From Bacillota bacterium (GTDB lineage Bacteria > Bacillota > Clostridia > Christensenellales > UMGS416): DNA of 64,000 nucleotides. Numbering within the stretch: position 1 is the first letter of the stretch; every line of letters begins with the position of its first letter. A program made the translations under genes and the position numbers. The stretch spans positions 490,890 through 554,889 of the forward strand of contig JAEYRH010000016.1 in NCBI GenBank assembly GCA_023435705.1, read 5' to 3'. Below the pieces are notes generated by a model, which saw nothing but the letters and a program-made list of their open reading frames with translations, did no database searches and was not told the origin of the DNA. Positions 46,962 to 59,060 of the stretch are shown here, piece after piece.

Positions 46962-47810
46962 ATGGCCGGTGATTCGATGCTCATAGTGACATCCGGCCTT
47001 ACGGAAACCACAAAAATGCTGATCCGCAGCAAGGTGTCACCGGTTTCGCTGGAGTTTCAGGCGCCGAAAAGCAGTGACGACCTCCGCAGATTGCTCAACT
47101 CCCGCAACATCATTGTCGGGTGTGTGCTGGTAGACAGCGACACGCACGATGATAAGGGCCGGTCATTTTGCACCTCTGTGCGTGCCATCAACAAGAATGT
47201 GCCGCTGATTGTGTTGAGCTCCGAAAACGATAAGTCCTATTATGTCAGCGCGATCCGGTGGGGCGTGTCTGGATTCGTGGTCAAGCCGCTGGGGGATGAT
47301 ACGATCCGCGCCAAGCTGATGGATTGCTATAACGCCCAGAGCGAAAAAAGCGCTGAAATGATCACATTTGACCTCGAGAAATACCTGCTGGGAGAATTTC
47401 GCAAGGCAGAGAAAGGCAATTTCAGCTTAACGTTCATGTTTGTGACAGTGCGGCTGGATGATCCAGAAGAGCAAGGCAATGCCATGAGCCACGCGTATTA
47501 TCTGAACCTGCTATATGAGACCATTAAAAAGCTTTTCTGGGATACCGATGCATTCATCCGCTATAACTCCAGGTACTATCTGGGCGTATTCCCTTTTTGC
47601 ACCAAAGAGAACGTGGCAATCCTGGAGGGTAAGATAAGAGCCGCATTCCATGGTCTGTATGCCAGCCGGGGCATGCCGCCATATGTTAAGCTGGTTTCGG
47701 CTACCTCCACCTATCCTGACGACGGGGCCCGTTTCCTCGATGTGCAGCGGGCGCTTTCCGACCGGGCCAGGATGCTGATGGGTGACACAAGGTTTGAGTG
47801 GTATATCTGA
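46962..47810 (+). CDS. Degenerate receiver (REC-like) plus degenerate GGDEF-domain protein
   Basis: The REC-like N-half keeps VLVDSD, LIVLSS and FVVKP but has TSG in place of the acidic DD pair. The C-half aligns to the GGDEF fold, but the signature reads IRYNSRYYLGVF (NSRYY at 47565-47579) and the upstream metal-binding Asp is absent (FMFVTV). GGAGG SD upstream of ATG 46962. Confidence 0.6.
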   Translation: MAGDSMLIVTSGLTETTKMLIRSKVSPVSLEFQAPKSSDDLRRLLNSRNIIVGCVLVDSDTHDDKGRSFCTSVRAINKNVPLIVLSSENDKSYYVSAIRWGVSGFVVKPLGDDTIRAKLMDCYNAQSEKSAEMITFDLEKYLLGEFRKAEKGNFSLTFMFVTVRLDDPEEQGNAMSHAYYLNLLYETIKKLFWDTDAFIRYNSRYYLGVFPFCTKENVAILEGKIRAAFHGLYASRGMPPYVKLVSATSTYPDDGARFLDVQRALSDRARMLMGDTRFEWYI

Positions 47811-47850
47811 CCGGACGGCGCAGCCTGATTTGGTCCCTTGACCTTCCAAC

Positions 47851-48639
47851 TCAGTTTTCGGCCTCTTCCTCCCCACTCTGCTCCTGTATTGAATCCTGTT
47901 TCAAACGGATTGTACGGATCGGTGTGCCATCGGGCGCATCTTCCATTTGCTGTGTGACAGCCCCTTCGGCTATCATGTCGCTCAGGATCCTGCGGTACAT
48001 GTCAAATATGCCGCCATAATACGTCACTGCGTGGTTCAGCGTATTCATAAACGTGGACTTGATGTTCTTATCCTGCGCACTTAACATGCAAAGAACCAGA
48101 TTTTCACGATACTTGTCCTCCGTGGCATCCTTGGGCATGATCGTTTTGACCCAGCTCGAGCAATCAGCCAACTGCCTGCCCAGCGTGCCCTCCACGGCAT
48201 ATACGCCAATTACCTTATCCTTCTGCGTACGCAGGAATGTGGCGACGGAGGAATAGTGATTGTCTCCGGTGATCAGGATGAATTGATCGACATGAGGCTT
48301 GGTCATACTGTCCTGATATATGCTGTCAAGCATCAAAAAATCGGTATAATCCTTTTTATGACCTTCGGAATTTGGCTGTTGGCAATCAATAATTGTACTG
48401 GTGATGGTGCGGATTTTTCCCTGTTCTGACTTGATGAGTTCATTGGAAAAGTCGCCAAACACCTTGATGCTCTCTGCAAAGCGGCCGATGCTCTTCAGCT
48501 CATCCAGCATTGCGACAAGGTTTGGCTTGAGCTTGAAACGGTCATACATCCCATAAAACAATGATTCGTAATCCACATAGATCAAGGACTGTAATGTATG
48601 GTCTGCGCTTGGTGATTGTTTTCTTGTGGTGAATATCAT
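47851..48639 (-). CDS. NYN (LabA/DUF88-like, PIN-fold) domain protein with about 100-aa C-terminal extension
   Basis: LIYVDYESL..., DFLMLD..., FILITGDNHYSSVATFLR..KVIGV match the NYN acidic-residue pattern. AGAGGAAG SD. Confidence 0.65.
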   Translation of the reverse strand: MIFTTRKQSPSADHTLQSLIYVDYESLFYGMYDRFKLKPNLVAMLDELKSIGRFAESIKVFGDFSNELIKSEQGKIRTITSTIIDCQQPNSEGHKKDYTDFLMLDSIYQDSMTKPHVDQFILITGDNHYSSVATFLRTQKDKVIGVYAVEGTLGRQLADCSSWVKTIMPKDATEDKYRENLVLCMLSAQDKNIKSTFMNTLNHAVTYYGGIFDMYRRILSDMIAEGAVTQQMEDAPDGTPIRTIRLKQDSIQEQSGEEEAEN

Positions 48640-48775
48640 AAATGCTTCCTCTTTGAATCCGGCTGCGCTGTTCGGTTGTCAAGGAACCTGCATAACAGTA
48701 ACACAGCTTAAACTTCAAGTCCATACGCAGATGGGGTGTATGGTGTCGAATTTTGCATGATGAGCCGCATTGCGG

Positions 48776-49342
48776 TTATGATTGGTAACGCCAATTTCTT
48801 GCGGAATCGGTATTGATTTCATACACCAACCCAATCCAGACCTCACCGCGTTCCACATCAGTGTTTGAATAATAAGTGGTATCCAGCGCACCCAGTGTGA
48901 AACCCTGCGACAAATAAAAGTCTATCGCTCCCACATTGCAGGAGTGGGTGTCCAGGAAGATGGCGCGGAAGTTCTCAGCTTGCGCTATTTCCTTGGCCTT
49001 GTCCATCAGCATTGAAGCGTAACCCCTTCGCCGGTGCTCTGGCAACACCATTAGGTCGGTCACTCGCAGGCGGTTGATCCAAAACTCACGGTCAAGCTCC
49101 AAAAAAGCGACCGGGTTGCCATCCACTTCGATTGCATACACGCTTGGTTTGGCCAGATACCTTTGGAAGAGGCGCTCGGAGAACCGCTTGCATATGGGTT
49201 CAGGGAGCCTTTGCCGCCGGAGCTCTATAAAGAAACCGTCTGCATTCTGGTTCAAACATACGGCATACTGCTCGTTTGTCTCATACTCAAACACGAGTTC
49301 ATAGTCCTGGAATTTCTTCTGGCTGAGCTCAATGACACGCAT
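48776..49342 (-). CDS. GNAT N-acetyltransferase, streptothricin-acetyltransferase-like
   Basis: ...RLRVTDLMVLPEHRRRGYASMLMDKAKEIAQAENFRAIFLDTHSCNVGAIDFYLSQGFTLGALDTTYY resembles the Sat/NAT family layout (recalled). The start is ambiguous: ATG 49342 (GAGGG SD), or ATG 49381/49378 overlapping the sanA stop. Confidence 0.6.
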   Translation of the reverse strand: MRVIELSQKKFQDYELVFEYETNEQYAVCLNQNADGFFIELRRQRLPEPICKRFSERLFQRYLAKPSVYAIEVDGNPVAFLELDREFWINRLRVTDLMVLPEHRRRGYASMLMDKAKEIAQAENFRAIFLDTHSCNVGAIDFYLSQGFTLGALDTTYYSNTDVERGEVWIGLVYEINTDSARNWRYQS

Positions 49343-49370
49343 GCCGGCGGCACCCTCGTGCCAATTTTCA

Positions 49371-50090
49371 TCATTCATCATGTGTGACCACCCCGCTGCC
49401 GCTGATGGGGATTTCATCGCCAAGATATTGGGGCTTGGGTTTGGTAATTGCCCCCTCGATCCAATCCTTGGTGCGGGCCAAGAGTTCGCGTGCGTCATAA
49501 TACCACTGGTATTGGGATTTATAGCGGTCGCAGGCCACGCCCTGTATGGCAATGCCCATGCTGTCAGCCAAGAAAACAGCACGGTACAGGTGGTACTTTT
49601 GTGTGACAACAATGGCGCTCTTCACCACAAACACATCACGGGCGCGGTACATTGTGGAATAGGTATCAAACCCAGCATGGTCCATAAAGATCGCCTCAGT
49701 AGGCACGCCCTTGTCTTCCAGATAACGGCGCATGTTATTTACTTCGTCATACTCCTTGGTGCCGTGGTCGCCGCTCACAAGGATTCGCGAGGCTGCCCCG
49801 GCGGCATAAAGCTCATATGCCACGTCCAGGCGGTCTTGCAGCATATAGGAAGGCTGCCCGCCTGTCCACACCTTGGCACCCAACACGATGATTGCATCGG
49901 CCTTCTTTGCATCTTTCTGCGCCACAATGCAGCTGTTGGCGGAGGACACCACCAAGGCGTTCGTCACGCCGATCAAAAGCCCTACTGCTATGACGGTATA
50001 AATCAGAACTTTCAAGACTATATAAAGTTTCGTTTCCTTTTTAGGCTTGGGCTTCTTCTCGTCCGATAGCATGGATAACTTGGCTGTCAT
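49371..50090 (-). CDS. sanA: SanA/YdcF (DUF218) family protein
   Basis: N-terminal TM segment, then ADAIIVLGAKVW...MLQDRLD...LVSGDHGTKEYDEVNNMRRYL...DHAGFDTYSTMYRA is the SanA pattern. GGGAGGTGA SD upstream of ATG 50090. Confidence 0.8.
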   Translation of the reverse strand: MTAKLSMLSDEKKPKPKKETKLYIVLKVLIYTVIAVGLLIGVTNALVVSSANSCIVAQKDAKKADAIIVLGAKVWTGGQPSYMLQDRLDVAYELYAAGAASRILVSGDHGTKEYDEVNNMRRYLEDKGVPTEAIFMDHAGFDTYSTMYRARDVFVVKSAIVVTQKYHLYRAVFLADSMGIAIQGVACDRYKSQYQWYYDARELLARTKDWIEGAITKPKPQYLGDEIPISGSGVVTHDE

Positions 50091-50520
50091 GATTGTCACC
50101 TCCCTATTAGCCAAGTATATACCAAAGAATCCCGGAAGCCAAATCACACAGGCTTCCGGGATTTACTAAGTCAACCCCCCTCATGTTTTGGCCTGGGCAC
50201 TTATGTTACCCAATAAAGTTAAGGTTCTTTACCCGATCCAATGATGAACAGCAGTTATCCTCGGCAGTAAACTCAAATCTTATGGCCTTAATGTGCATTG
50301 ATTCCAACAGAATGACATTTCACTTCACCCGTCTGGCGTGCACCACAAATCTCGATTCTCAAATTCAAAAGTGCATGTGGAAATCGTGAGGATATCATCA
50401 GCACCCAACGCCATGTTATTGAAACCATACTATTCGACGCTTGCCGAATTTTAGTTGTCAAACCGTTATCATTCTACCAGCATTGTTATTTTATTCCTAC
50501 AATCCATTTCAATAGGCGAA

Positions 50521-50543
50521 GGCATCTTCTTCAGCAAGATGCC
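50521..50543 (-). terminator. Hairpin downstream of lacZ (possible terminator)
   Basis: GGCATCTT-CTTCAGC-AAGATGCC. There is no clear U tract on the minus strand. Confidence 0.3.
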
Positions 50544-50578
50544 AATGCGCATTTCAATGAAGTAGATCGATTACCCCG

Positions 50579-53779
<3,201 letters not shown>

Positions 53780-53966
53780 CTAATCTTATCTCATTATAGG
53801 CCCAAGGCAACAGAAATCAAATTTGCAAAATTGTGATGGATCATATAATATATTGCTCTGTAGCCTGTGTATTGCTCAAAATGCACCCTCATCATTATTT
53901 AGTCCGAAGAAGCACATAATCGGTTTCTGCAATTTACCAGGCACAGTATTTTGAGAGGCTGCGGTC

Positions 53967-54887
53967 ATGATTGACAACATCGATTATCAACTTGCCGATA
54001 CATCTGCGTCCGCGCCATTGGCGGCCTACAAGGAAATATCCTTTTACACGCCCTCTGATATCATAGAAAAAGAGTCCAAAAATGAGATCCTGGCCAACCT
54101 GCTGCTGACGTGGGCAGGCTGCTATACCAAAGCATACGGCCACCTCGTCAGCAAGCGGCTGCTCCAAGACTATGTTATGATTTATTGCGTTGAAGGGCTC
54201 GGCTGGCTTGAACTGCGCAATAAGCGGTGGATCATTAGCAAGGGAGATGTTTTTGTCTGCCCTCCCGGTATGGTGCACTCCTATGGAGCGGATACCACGG
54301 ACCCATGGACCAAGTACTGGGTACACTTCAGAGGGGAAAATGCCGGTTCCTACATGGCGATGCTGGGCCTATCACCGGACTGCCCCGTCCTGCACCTGGG
54401 CGAAAATATGAAAGTTCTCTCATGGCTGCAGGACATCTTTACCATTGTAAAAACAGGCTACACGCACAGCAACTTGATTTTCGCCACTTCCTATCTCGTC
54501 AATATCCTGAGCTATATCTATAGCCTGTCCGTAAACACAGGGCTGGCTAATATTGAAAGCATGAATGTGGAAAAGGTCATACACTATATGCTGGATAATA
54601 TTGACGGAAACCTGAGCCTCGAGCAATTATCCCAATACTCCAATCTGTCCAGATACCATTTCATCCGGCTTTTTAAAAAGAAGGCAGGCTATACTCCGAT
54701 GAATTACTATATCCGGCTCAAAGTCCAAAAAGCATGCGAGCTACTGGAGTCTTCGACTGCGAAAATTAATAGGATCAGCGGCATGCTCGGCTTTAACAAT
54801 CCCTATTATTTTTCAATCACTTTCAAAAGAATTGTCGGCCATTCCCCCCAGGCCTATCGTGATATTGTCCAGAATAAAACCATGTAG
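53967..54887 (+). CDS. AraC-family transcriptional regulator (cupin sensor + HTH)
   Basis: AraC-type cupin N-half and a C-terminal dual HTH (LSQYSNLSRYHFIRLFKKKAGYTPMNYYIRLKVQKACELL...FNNPYYFSITFKRIVGHSPQAYR). Divergent from lacZ. Confidence 0.85.
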   Translation: MIDNIDYQLADTSASAPLAAYKEISFYTPSDIIEKESKNEILANLLLTWAGCYTKAYGHLVSKRLLQDYVMIYCVEGLGWLELRNKRWIISKGDVFVCPPGMVHSYGADTTDPWTKYWVHFRGENAGSYMAMLGLSPDCPVLHLGENMKVLSWLQDIFTIVKTGYTHSNLIFATSYLVNILSYIYSLSVNTGLANIESMNVEKVIHYMLDNIDGNLSLEQLSQYSNLSRYHFIRLFKKKAGYTPMNYYIRLKVQKACELLESSTAKINRISGMLGFNNPYYFSITFKRIVGHSPQAYRDIVQNKTM

Positions 54888-55164
54888 TTTTACACAATAG
54901 CGTCAGATTACCTGCTAATCGAGGGATTTTGATTGGTTGGTGAGTGGCATAGCCATGTTTGCACCCTGAGAACTTTGAGTTATGGGGATATTTTAATTAT
55001 AAGTTCAATAATTTCGGATGCTGTGTATGACTTCAAAATCGTTTGCAGTTTATTGTCTCTGTGTTAAGCATGGGTGAGTTTGAACTAATAGGTTATATAG
55101 CGTCGGAGCCGGAATTTAGAGCGAAGGCTAGCAATATGTATCAAAATAGATACAGTTACTACCA

Positions 55165-55359
55165 ATGACGTGGTCCCCGGGCGGGAAGCTCCATGCCAAT
55201 CTCCTGGACAGTTTTCTCAATGAGTGGCTGCAACGTAAAAAAGACCTTGCCGATGGCGTCATCAGCAAGGCCGAATATATGGAATGGAAGGTCAACTGGC
55301 CACAGACGGCTGACGACTGCGGAAAAACTGAGCTGTCAAAAAAGTGGCGAAAGGACTGA
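55165..55359 (+). CDS. Hypothetical small protein (64 aa), SHOCT-like segment
   Basis: ORF in an AT-rich gap. The segment LADGVISKAEYMEWKV resembles the SHOCT short C-terminal motif. Its ATG overlaps (ATGA) the stop of a 32-codon upstream ORF (55070-55168). No convincing SD. Confidence 0.3.
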   Translation: MTWSPGGKLHANLLDSFLNEWLQRKKDLADGVISKAEYMEWKVNWPQTADDCGKTELSKKWRKD

Positions 55360-55435
55360 CCCTATCAGGTACCCAGATAACAGCGGCAATTACTCCAGTT
55401 CTGAAAACCTGTTATCAATCTGTTATCAACCGGCA

Positions 55436-55479
55436 TAAAAACCCCCGGAAAATCTCGATTTACCGAGCTTTCCGGGGGC
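55436..55479. terminator. Strong bidirectional intrinsic terminator (guaA terminator)
   Basis: CCCCCGGAAA...TTTCCGGGGG long stem, with TTTTTAT following on the minus strand and CTTGTTGTT on the plus strand. Confidence 0.85.
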
Positions 55480-55486
55480 TTGTTGT

Positions 55487-57022
55487 TCATTCCCACTCAA
55501 TCGTGCCCGGAGGCTTGCTCGTAATATCATACACAATCCTGTTGATGTGTTTGACCTCATTGATAATCCGGTTGGAGATTTTTCCAAGCACTTCATAGGG
55601 CAGGTGCGCCCAGTCGGCTGTCATCGCGTCCACACTGGTCACAGCCCGCAGCGCCAGCAGCCAGTCATAAGTGCGGGCATCGCCCATCACGCCCACGGTG
55701 CGCTGGTCAGTGAGCACCGCAAAATACTGCCACACTTCGCGGGCAAGGCCGGCGTTGGCGATCTCCTCGCGGTAGATCGCGTCGGCTTCCCTAAGGATTT
55801 CCAGCTTCTCCGGCGTAACCTCGCCCATCACGCGGATGGCAAGGCCGGGGCCGGGGAACGGCTGCCGCCACACGAGCTCGGCAGGGATGCCAAGCTCCTC
55901 GCCCACAGCGCGCACCTCGTCCTTAAAGAGGTCGCGAAGGGGCTCCAATATATCGTCAAAGTCTACATGATCGGGCAGTCCGCCCACGTTATGATGGCTC
56001 TTGATCACCGCAGCGTGGCCAGCACCGCTTTCCACCACATCGGGATAAATCGTGCCCTGGGCCAGGAAATGTACGTGGCCGATTTTCTTGGCCTCGTCTT
56101 CAAACACGCGGATGAATTCCTCGCCGATGATCTTGCGCTTGCGCTCCGGATCCTTGACTCCGGCGAGCTTGGAGAGGAACCTCTCCTGCGCGTTCACGCG
56201 GATCATGTTCAGGCCAAACTTGCCCTTGAAAGTCTGCTCCACCTGGTCGCCTTCATCTTTTCGCAGCAGGCCGTGATCCACAAAAATGCATGTGAGGTTT
56301 TTTCCCACTGCTTCGTTTAGAAGAATTGCCGCGACTGACGAATCCACACCGCCGGAGAGGGCAAGCAGCACCTTTTTGTCACCCACACTCTTCTGCAAGG
56401 CCGTCACAGCTTCTCGGGTGAAGGAGCTCATCGTCCATAGGCCACGGCAGCCGCACACCTTGTATAGGAAGTTTTCCAGCAATTTCTGGCCCTTGGGAGT
56501 GTGCACCACCTCCGGGTGGAACTGCACGCCGTAGAGCTTTCGGCCTTCGTTTTCCATTGCTGCGATGGGGCAGCAACCGGTGGACGCGGTGATTGCAAAG
56601 CCCTGCGGCGCTTCCACAACCTGATCGGTGTGGCTCATCCAGCACTCCATATCGGCGTCGATGCCGTCAAACAGAGGCGAGGAGCCGTCGTGCCGGATGC
56701 CGATGCGGCCATACTCGCGGCGGACCGCCGGTGCCACCCGGCCTCCCAGCAGCTGGGCAAACACCTGGGCGCCGTAACAGATGCCCAGAATCGGGATACC
56801 AAGCTGGAAGATCGCAGGATCAACCAGCGGCGAACCGGGTTCATAAACCGAGTTTGGGCCACCGGTGAAGATGATACCTTGGGGGTTCAACGCCTTGATG
56901 CGCTCGATGGGTGCCGAATAAGGCAAGATCTCGCTGTAGACATGGGCCTGCCGCACGCGGCGGGCGATGAGCTGATTGTACTGACCGCCAAAGTCCAGCA
57001 CAATCACAGTCTCCTGGTGCAT
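55487..57022 (-). CDS. guaA: GMP synthase (glutamine-hydrolyzing)
   Basis: GATase (GICYGAQ) plus the PP-loop SGGVDSSV, and the canonical C-terminus ...KPPGTIEWE. Confidence 0.95.
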   Translation of the reverse strand: MHQETVIVLDFGGQYNQLIARRVRQAHVYSEILPYSAPIERIKALNPQGIIFTGGPNSVYEPGSPLVDPAIFQLGIPILGICYGAQVFAQLLGGRVAPAVRREYGRIGIRHDGSSPLFDGIDADMECWMSHTDQVVEAPQGFAITASTGCCPIAAMENEGRKLYGVQFHPEVVHTPKGQKLLENFLYKVCGCRGLWTMSSFTREAVTALQKSVGDKKVLLALSGGVDSSVAAILLNEAVGKNLTCIFVDHGLLRKDEGDQVEQTFKGKFGLNMIRVNAQERFLSKLAGVKDPERKRKIIGEEFIRVFEDEAKKIGHVHFLAQGTIYPDVVESGAGHAAVIKSHHNVGGLPDHVDFDDILEPLRDLFKDEVRAVGEELGIPAELVWRQPFPGPGLAIRVMGEVTPEKLEILREADAIYREEIANAGLAREVWQYFAVLTDQRTVGVMGDARTYDWLLALRAVTSVDAMTADWAHLPYEVLGKISNRIINEVKHINRIVYDITSKPPGTIEWE

Positions 57023-57025
57023 GGG

Positions 57026-58240
57026 TTACTCCTCCGAACTGGAAAATTTCTGTTGCGCCAGGCTTTGGGCCATGGCGTAAACGGTCAGAAAGCTCTTGCC
57101 GGTGCGCTCCGCGATGCTGCGGCAGTCTTCATACTCCGGCGCGATCTTAGGGCCGGCCGGCCCTTGGGCAATTTTGATACGAACATCGCCCCATGGCATT
57201 TTCACTGCTTCGATCCTTCGTGGCAGTGTGGTGCGCCGGGCTTCGTAGCTGCGCACGCCCAACGTGGTGGTTTCCACGAGAATCGCCTGTTCCAAATCAG
57301 CCCGCTTGTCGTTGGCACAAATGGCTGTGAGCCGCTGGGCCGGACGGTTCTTCTTCATGATGATCGGTGTGTAGAAGGCGTCCAGCGCCCCGGCGGCAAA
57401 CACCTGCTCCAAAGCGTAAGCCATCGCCTCGCCGGTCATATCATCGATGTTGCATTCGATCACGGTAACGGTCTGGGCCTCCCCCTCCCCATTGCTGCCA
57501 AGAAACACGCGGGCAGCATTGGGGAAGTCAAAATCCTTAAAGCCCAAGCCATAGCCGGCTTTCTCAATGGTCATCTGTGGCCGAGGGCCATAATCATCGG
57601 CGAACACGCGGGCAATCAACGCGCCGGTGGGCGTGGTGAGCTCGCTCATTGTGCCATCGGTATAGCTGGGCACGCCTATGAGCAGCTCAGCTGTGGCAGG
57701 CGCTGGCACCGGCATCAGGCCGTGGGCGCACTTCACACGGCCGGAGCCGGTGTTGAGCGGTGAAAAAACTATCCGGTCGGGCTTGAGCAGATCCAGGCAG
57801 ATGCAAGACCCAACAATGTCCACGATGGAGTCCACCGCGCCAACCTCATGAAAGTGCACATCCTCCGGCGCAACGCCATGCACCTTGCCCTCAGCCTCAG
57901 CAAGCAAGCGAAACATCGCAGATGCCTTGTCCTTCACCGCCTGTGCCAGCTCTGACCCATTGATCAGCTCCAGAATGTCTGCAAGCCTGCGGTGGTGGTG
58001 ATGGTGGTCATGGTCGAGGCCCTCATGCTCGTGGTGATCATGTGCCAGATGCACGTGCACCGCCGTGCCGGTGATCCCAAGCTTTTTATCATTGTGAATG
58101 TGCAGTTCATACTCCCCTGCCATGCCGAGCTTTTCAAGCTCTGCCATAAAAGCAGCACGATCCACGCCCAAGTCCAGCAGAGCGCCCAGTGTCATGTCGC
58201 CGCTGAGGCCCGCCGGACAATCAAAATAGAGTATCCTCAT
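57026..58240 (-). CDS. larC: Nickel-pincer cofactor biosynthesis protein LarC (nickel insertion, DUF111)
   Basis: MRILYFDCPAGLSGDMTLGALLDLGVD is the LarC N-terminus. His-rich tract HLAHDHHEHEGLDHDHHHHH. ATGA overlap with the larB stop. Confidence 0.9.
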   Translation of the reverse strand: MRILYFDCPAGLSGDMTLGALLDLGVDRAAFMAELEKLGMAGEYELHIHNDKKLGITGTAVHVHLAHDHHEHEGLDHDHHHHHRRLADILELINGSELAQAVKDKASAMFRLLAEAEGKVHGVAPEDVHFHEVGAVDSIVDIVGSCICLDLLKPDRIVFSPLNTGSGRVKCAHGLMPVPAPATAELLIGVPSYTDGTMSELTTPTGALIARVFADDYGPRPQMTIEKAGYGLGFKDFDFPNAARVFLGSNGEGEAQTVTVIECNIDDMTGEAMAYALEQVFAAGALDAFYTPIIMKKNRPAQRLTAICANDKRADLEQAILVETTTLGVRSYEARRTTLPRRIEAVKMPWGDVRIKIAQGPAGPKIAPEYEDCRSIAERTGKSFLTVYAMAQSLAQQKFSSSEE

Positions 58241-58998
58241 TCTTCCCCCAGTTTATTAATCATCGACGCGAGGAACCCAGCGCCAAACCCGTTGTCGATA
58301 TTGACAACCGAAACGCCGCTGGCGCAGCTGTTGAGCATCGTGAGCAGCGCTGAAAGCCCGCCGAAACTGGCTCCGTAACCTACGCTGGTGGGCACAGCGA
58401 TCACAGGTTTATCAACCAGACCAGCTACGACGCTGGCCAGTGCCCCCTCCATGCCGGCCACAGCCACAATGACACGGGCCGCACGGATGTCTTCCAGGCG
58501 GGCAAATAACCTGTGGATGCCGGCCACACCCACGTCATAAACGCGCAACACCTGGCTGCCGTTGGCTTCCGCCGTCATCGCGGCTTCCTCTGCCACAGGG
58601 ATGTCGGCAGTGCCGCCGGTCACCACAGCTACGACACCCTTGGTCGGCACGATTTCGCGGCGCTTCACCAGAAAGCACCGTGCAGCCTCATGCCAGGTTG
58701 CGGTGTCCCCTGCCAGCTCCCGTACGGCCTCATAGGCCTCCGGTGTGGCGCGGGTGCCCATGATGTTGCTGTCGTCATGGGCCATCATTCGCTCCACGAT
58801 GCCCCGAATTTGCGGGATTGTCTTGCCCTGGCAGAAAATCACTTCGGGGTAGCCGGTGCGGATAGCCCGATGGTGGTCAATCTTGGCAAAGCCGATGTCT
58901 TCAAAAGGCAGGCTGGACAGCGCCTTCATGCCATCTTCCACGGTCGTGGAGCCATCCTTGATGCCTTCCAGCAGTTTACGGATGTTTTCAGTTTCCAA
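58237..58998 (-). CDS. larB: Nickel-pincer cofactor biosynthesis protein LarB (PurE-like carboxylase/hydrolase)
   Basis: ...VAVVTGGTADIPVAEEA...AGMEGALASVVAGL... is a PurE-like fold with a LarB-type N-extension. TTG start 58998 with GGAGG 4 nt upstream. Confidence 0.85.
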   Translation of the reverse strand: METENIRKLLEGIKDGSTTVEDGMKALSSLPFEDIGFAKIDHHRAIRTGYPEVIFCQGKTIPQIRGIVERMMAHDDSNIMGTRATPEAYEAVRELAGDTATWHEAARCFLVKRREIVPTKGVVAVVTGGTADIPVAEEAAMTAEANGSQVLRVYDVGVAGIHRLFARLEDIRAARVIVAVAGMEGALASVVAGLVDKPVIAVPTSVGYGASFGGLSALLTMLNSCASGVSVVNIDNGFGAGFLASMINKLGEE

Positions 58999-59060
58999 AG
59001 AACCTCCTATTATGGACCGGATTCCGACCCGGCCTGTGTTTTGAGTGCTAGTTCGTCACT

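Noticed and set aside
46962-47810. Active diguanylate cyclase / canonical response regulator.
   Set aside because: GGDEF is replaced by NSRYY, the upstream metal-binding Asp is missing, and the receiver lacks the acidic DD pair. Catalysis and canonical phosphorylation are both unlikely.
57023-57025. Expected purine/guanine riboswitch or promoter upstream of guaA.
   Set aside because: Only 3 nt separate the larC stop from the guaA start, so no leader can exist here.
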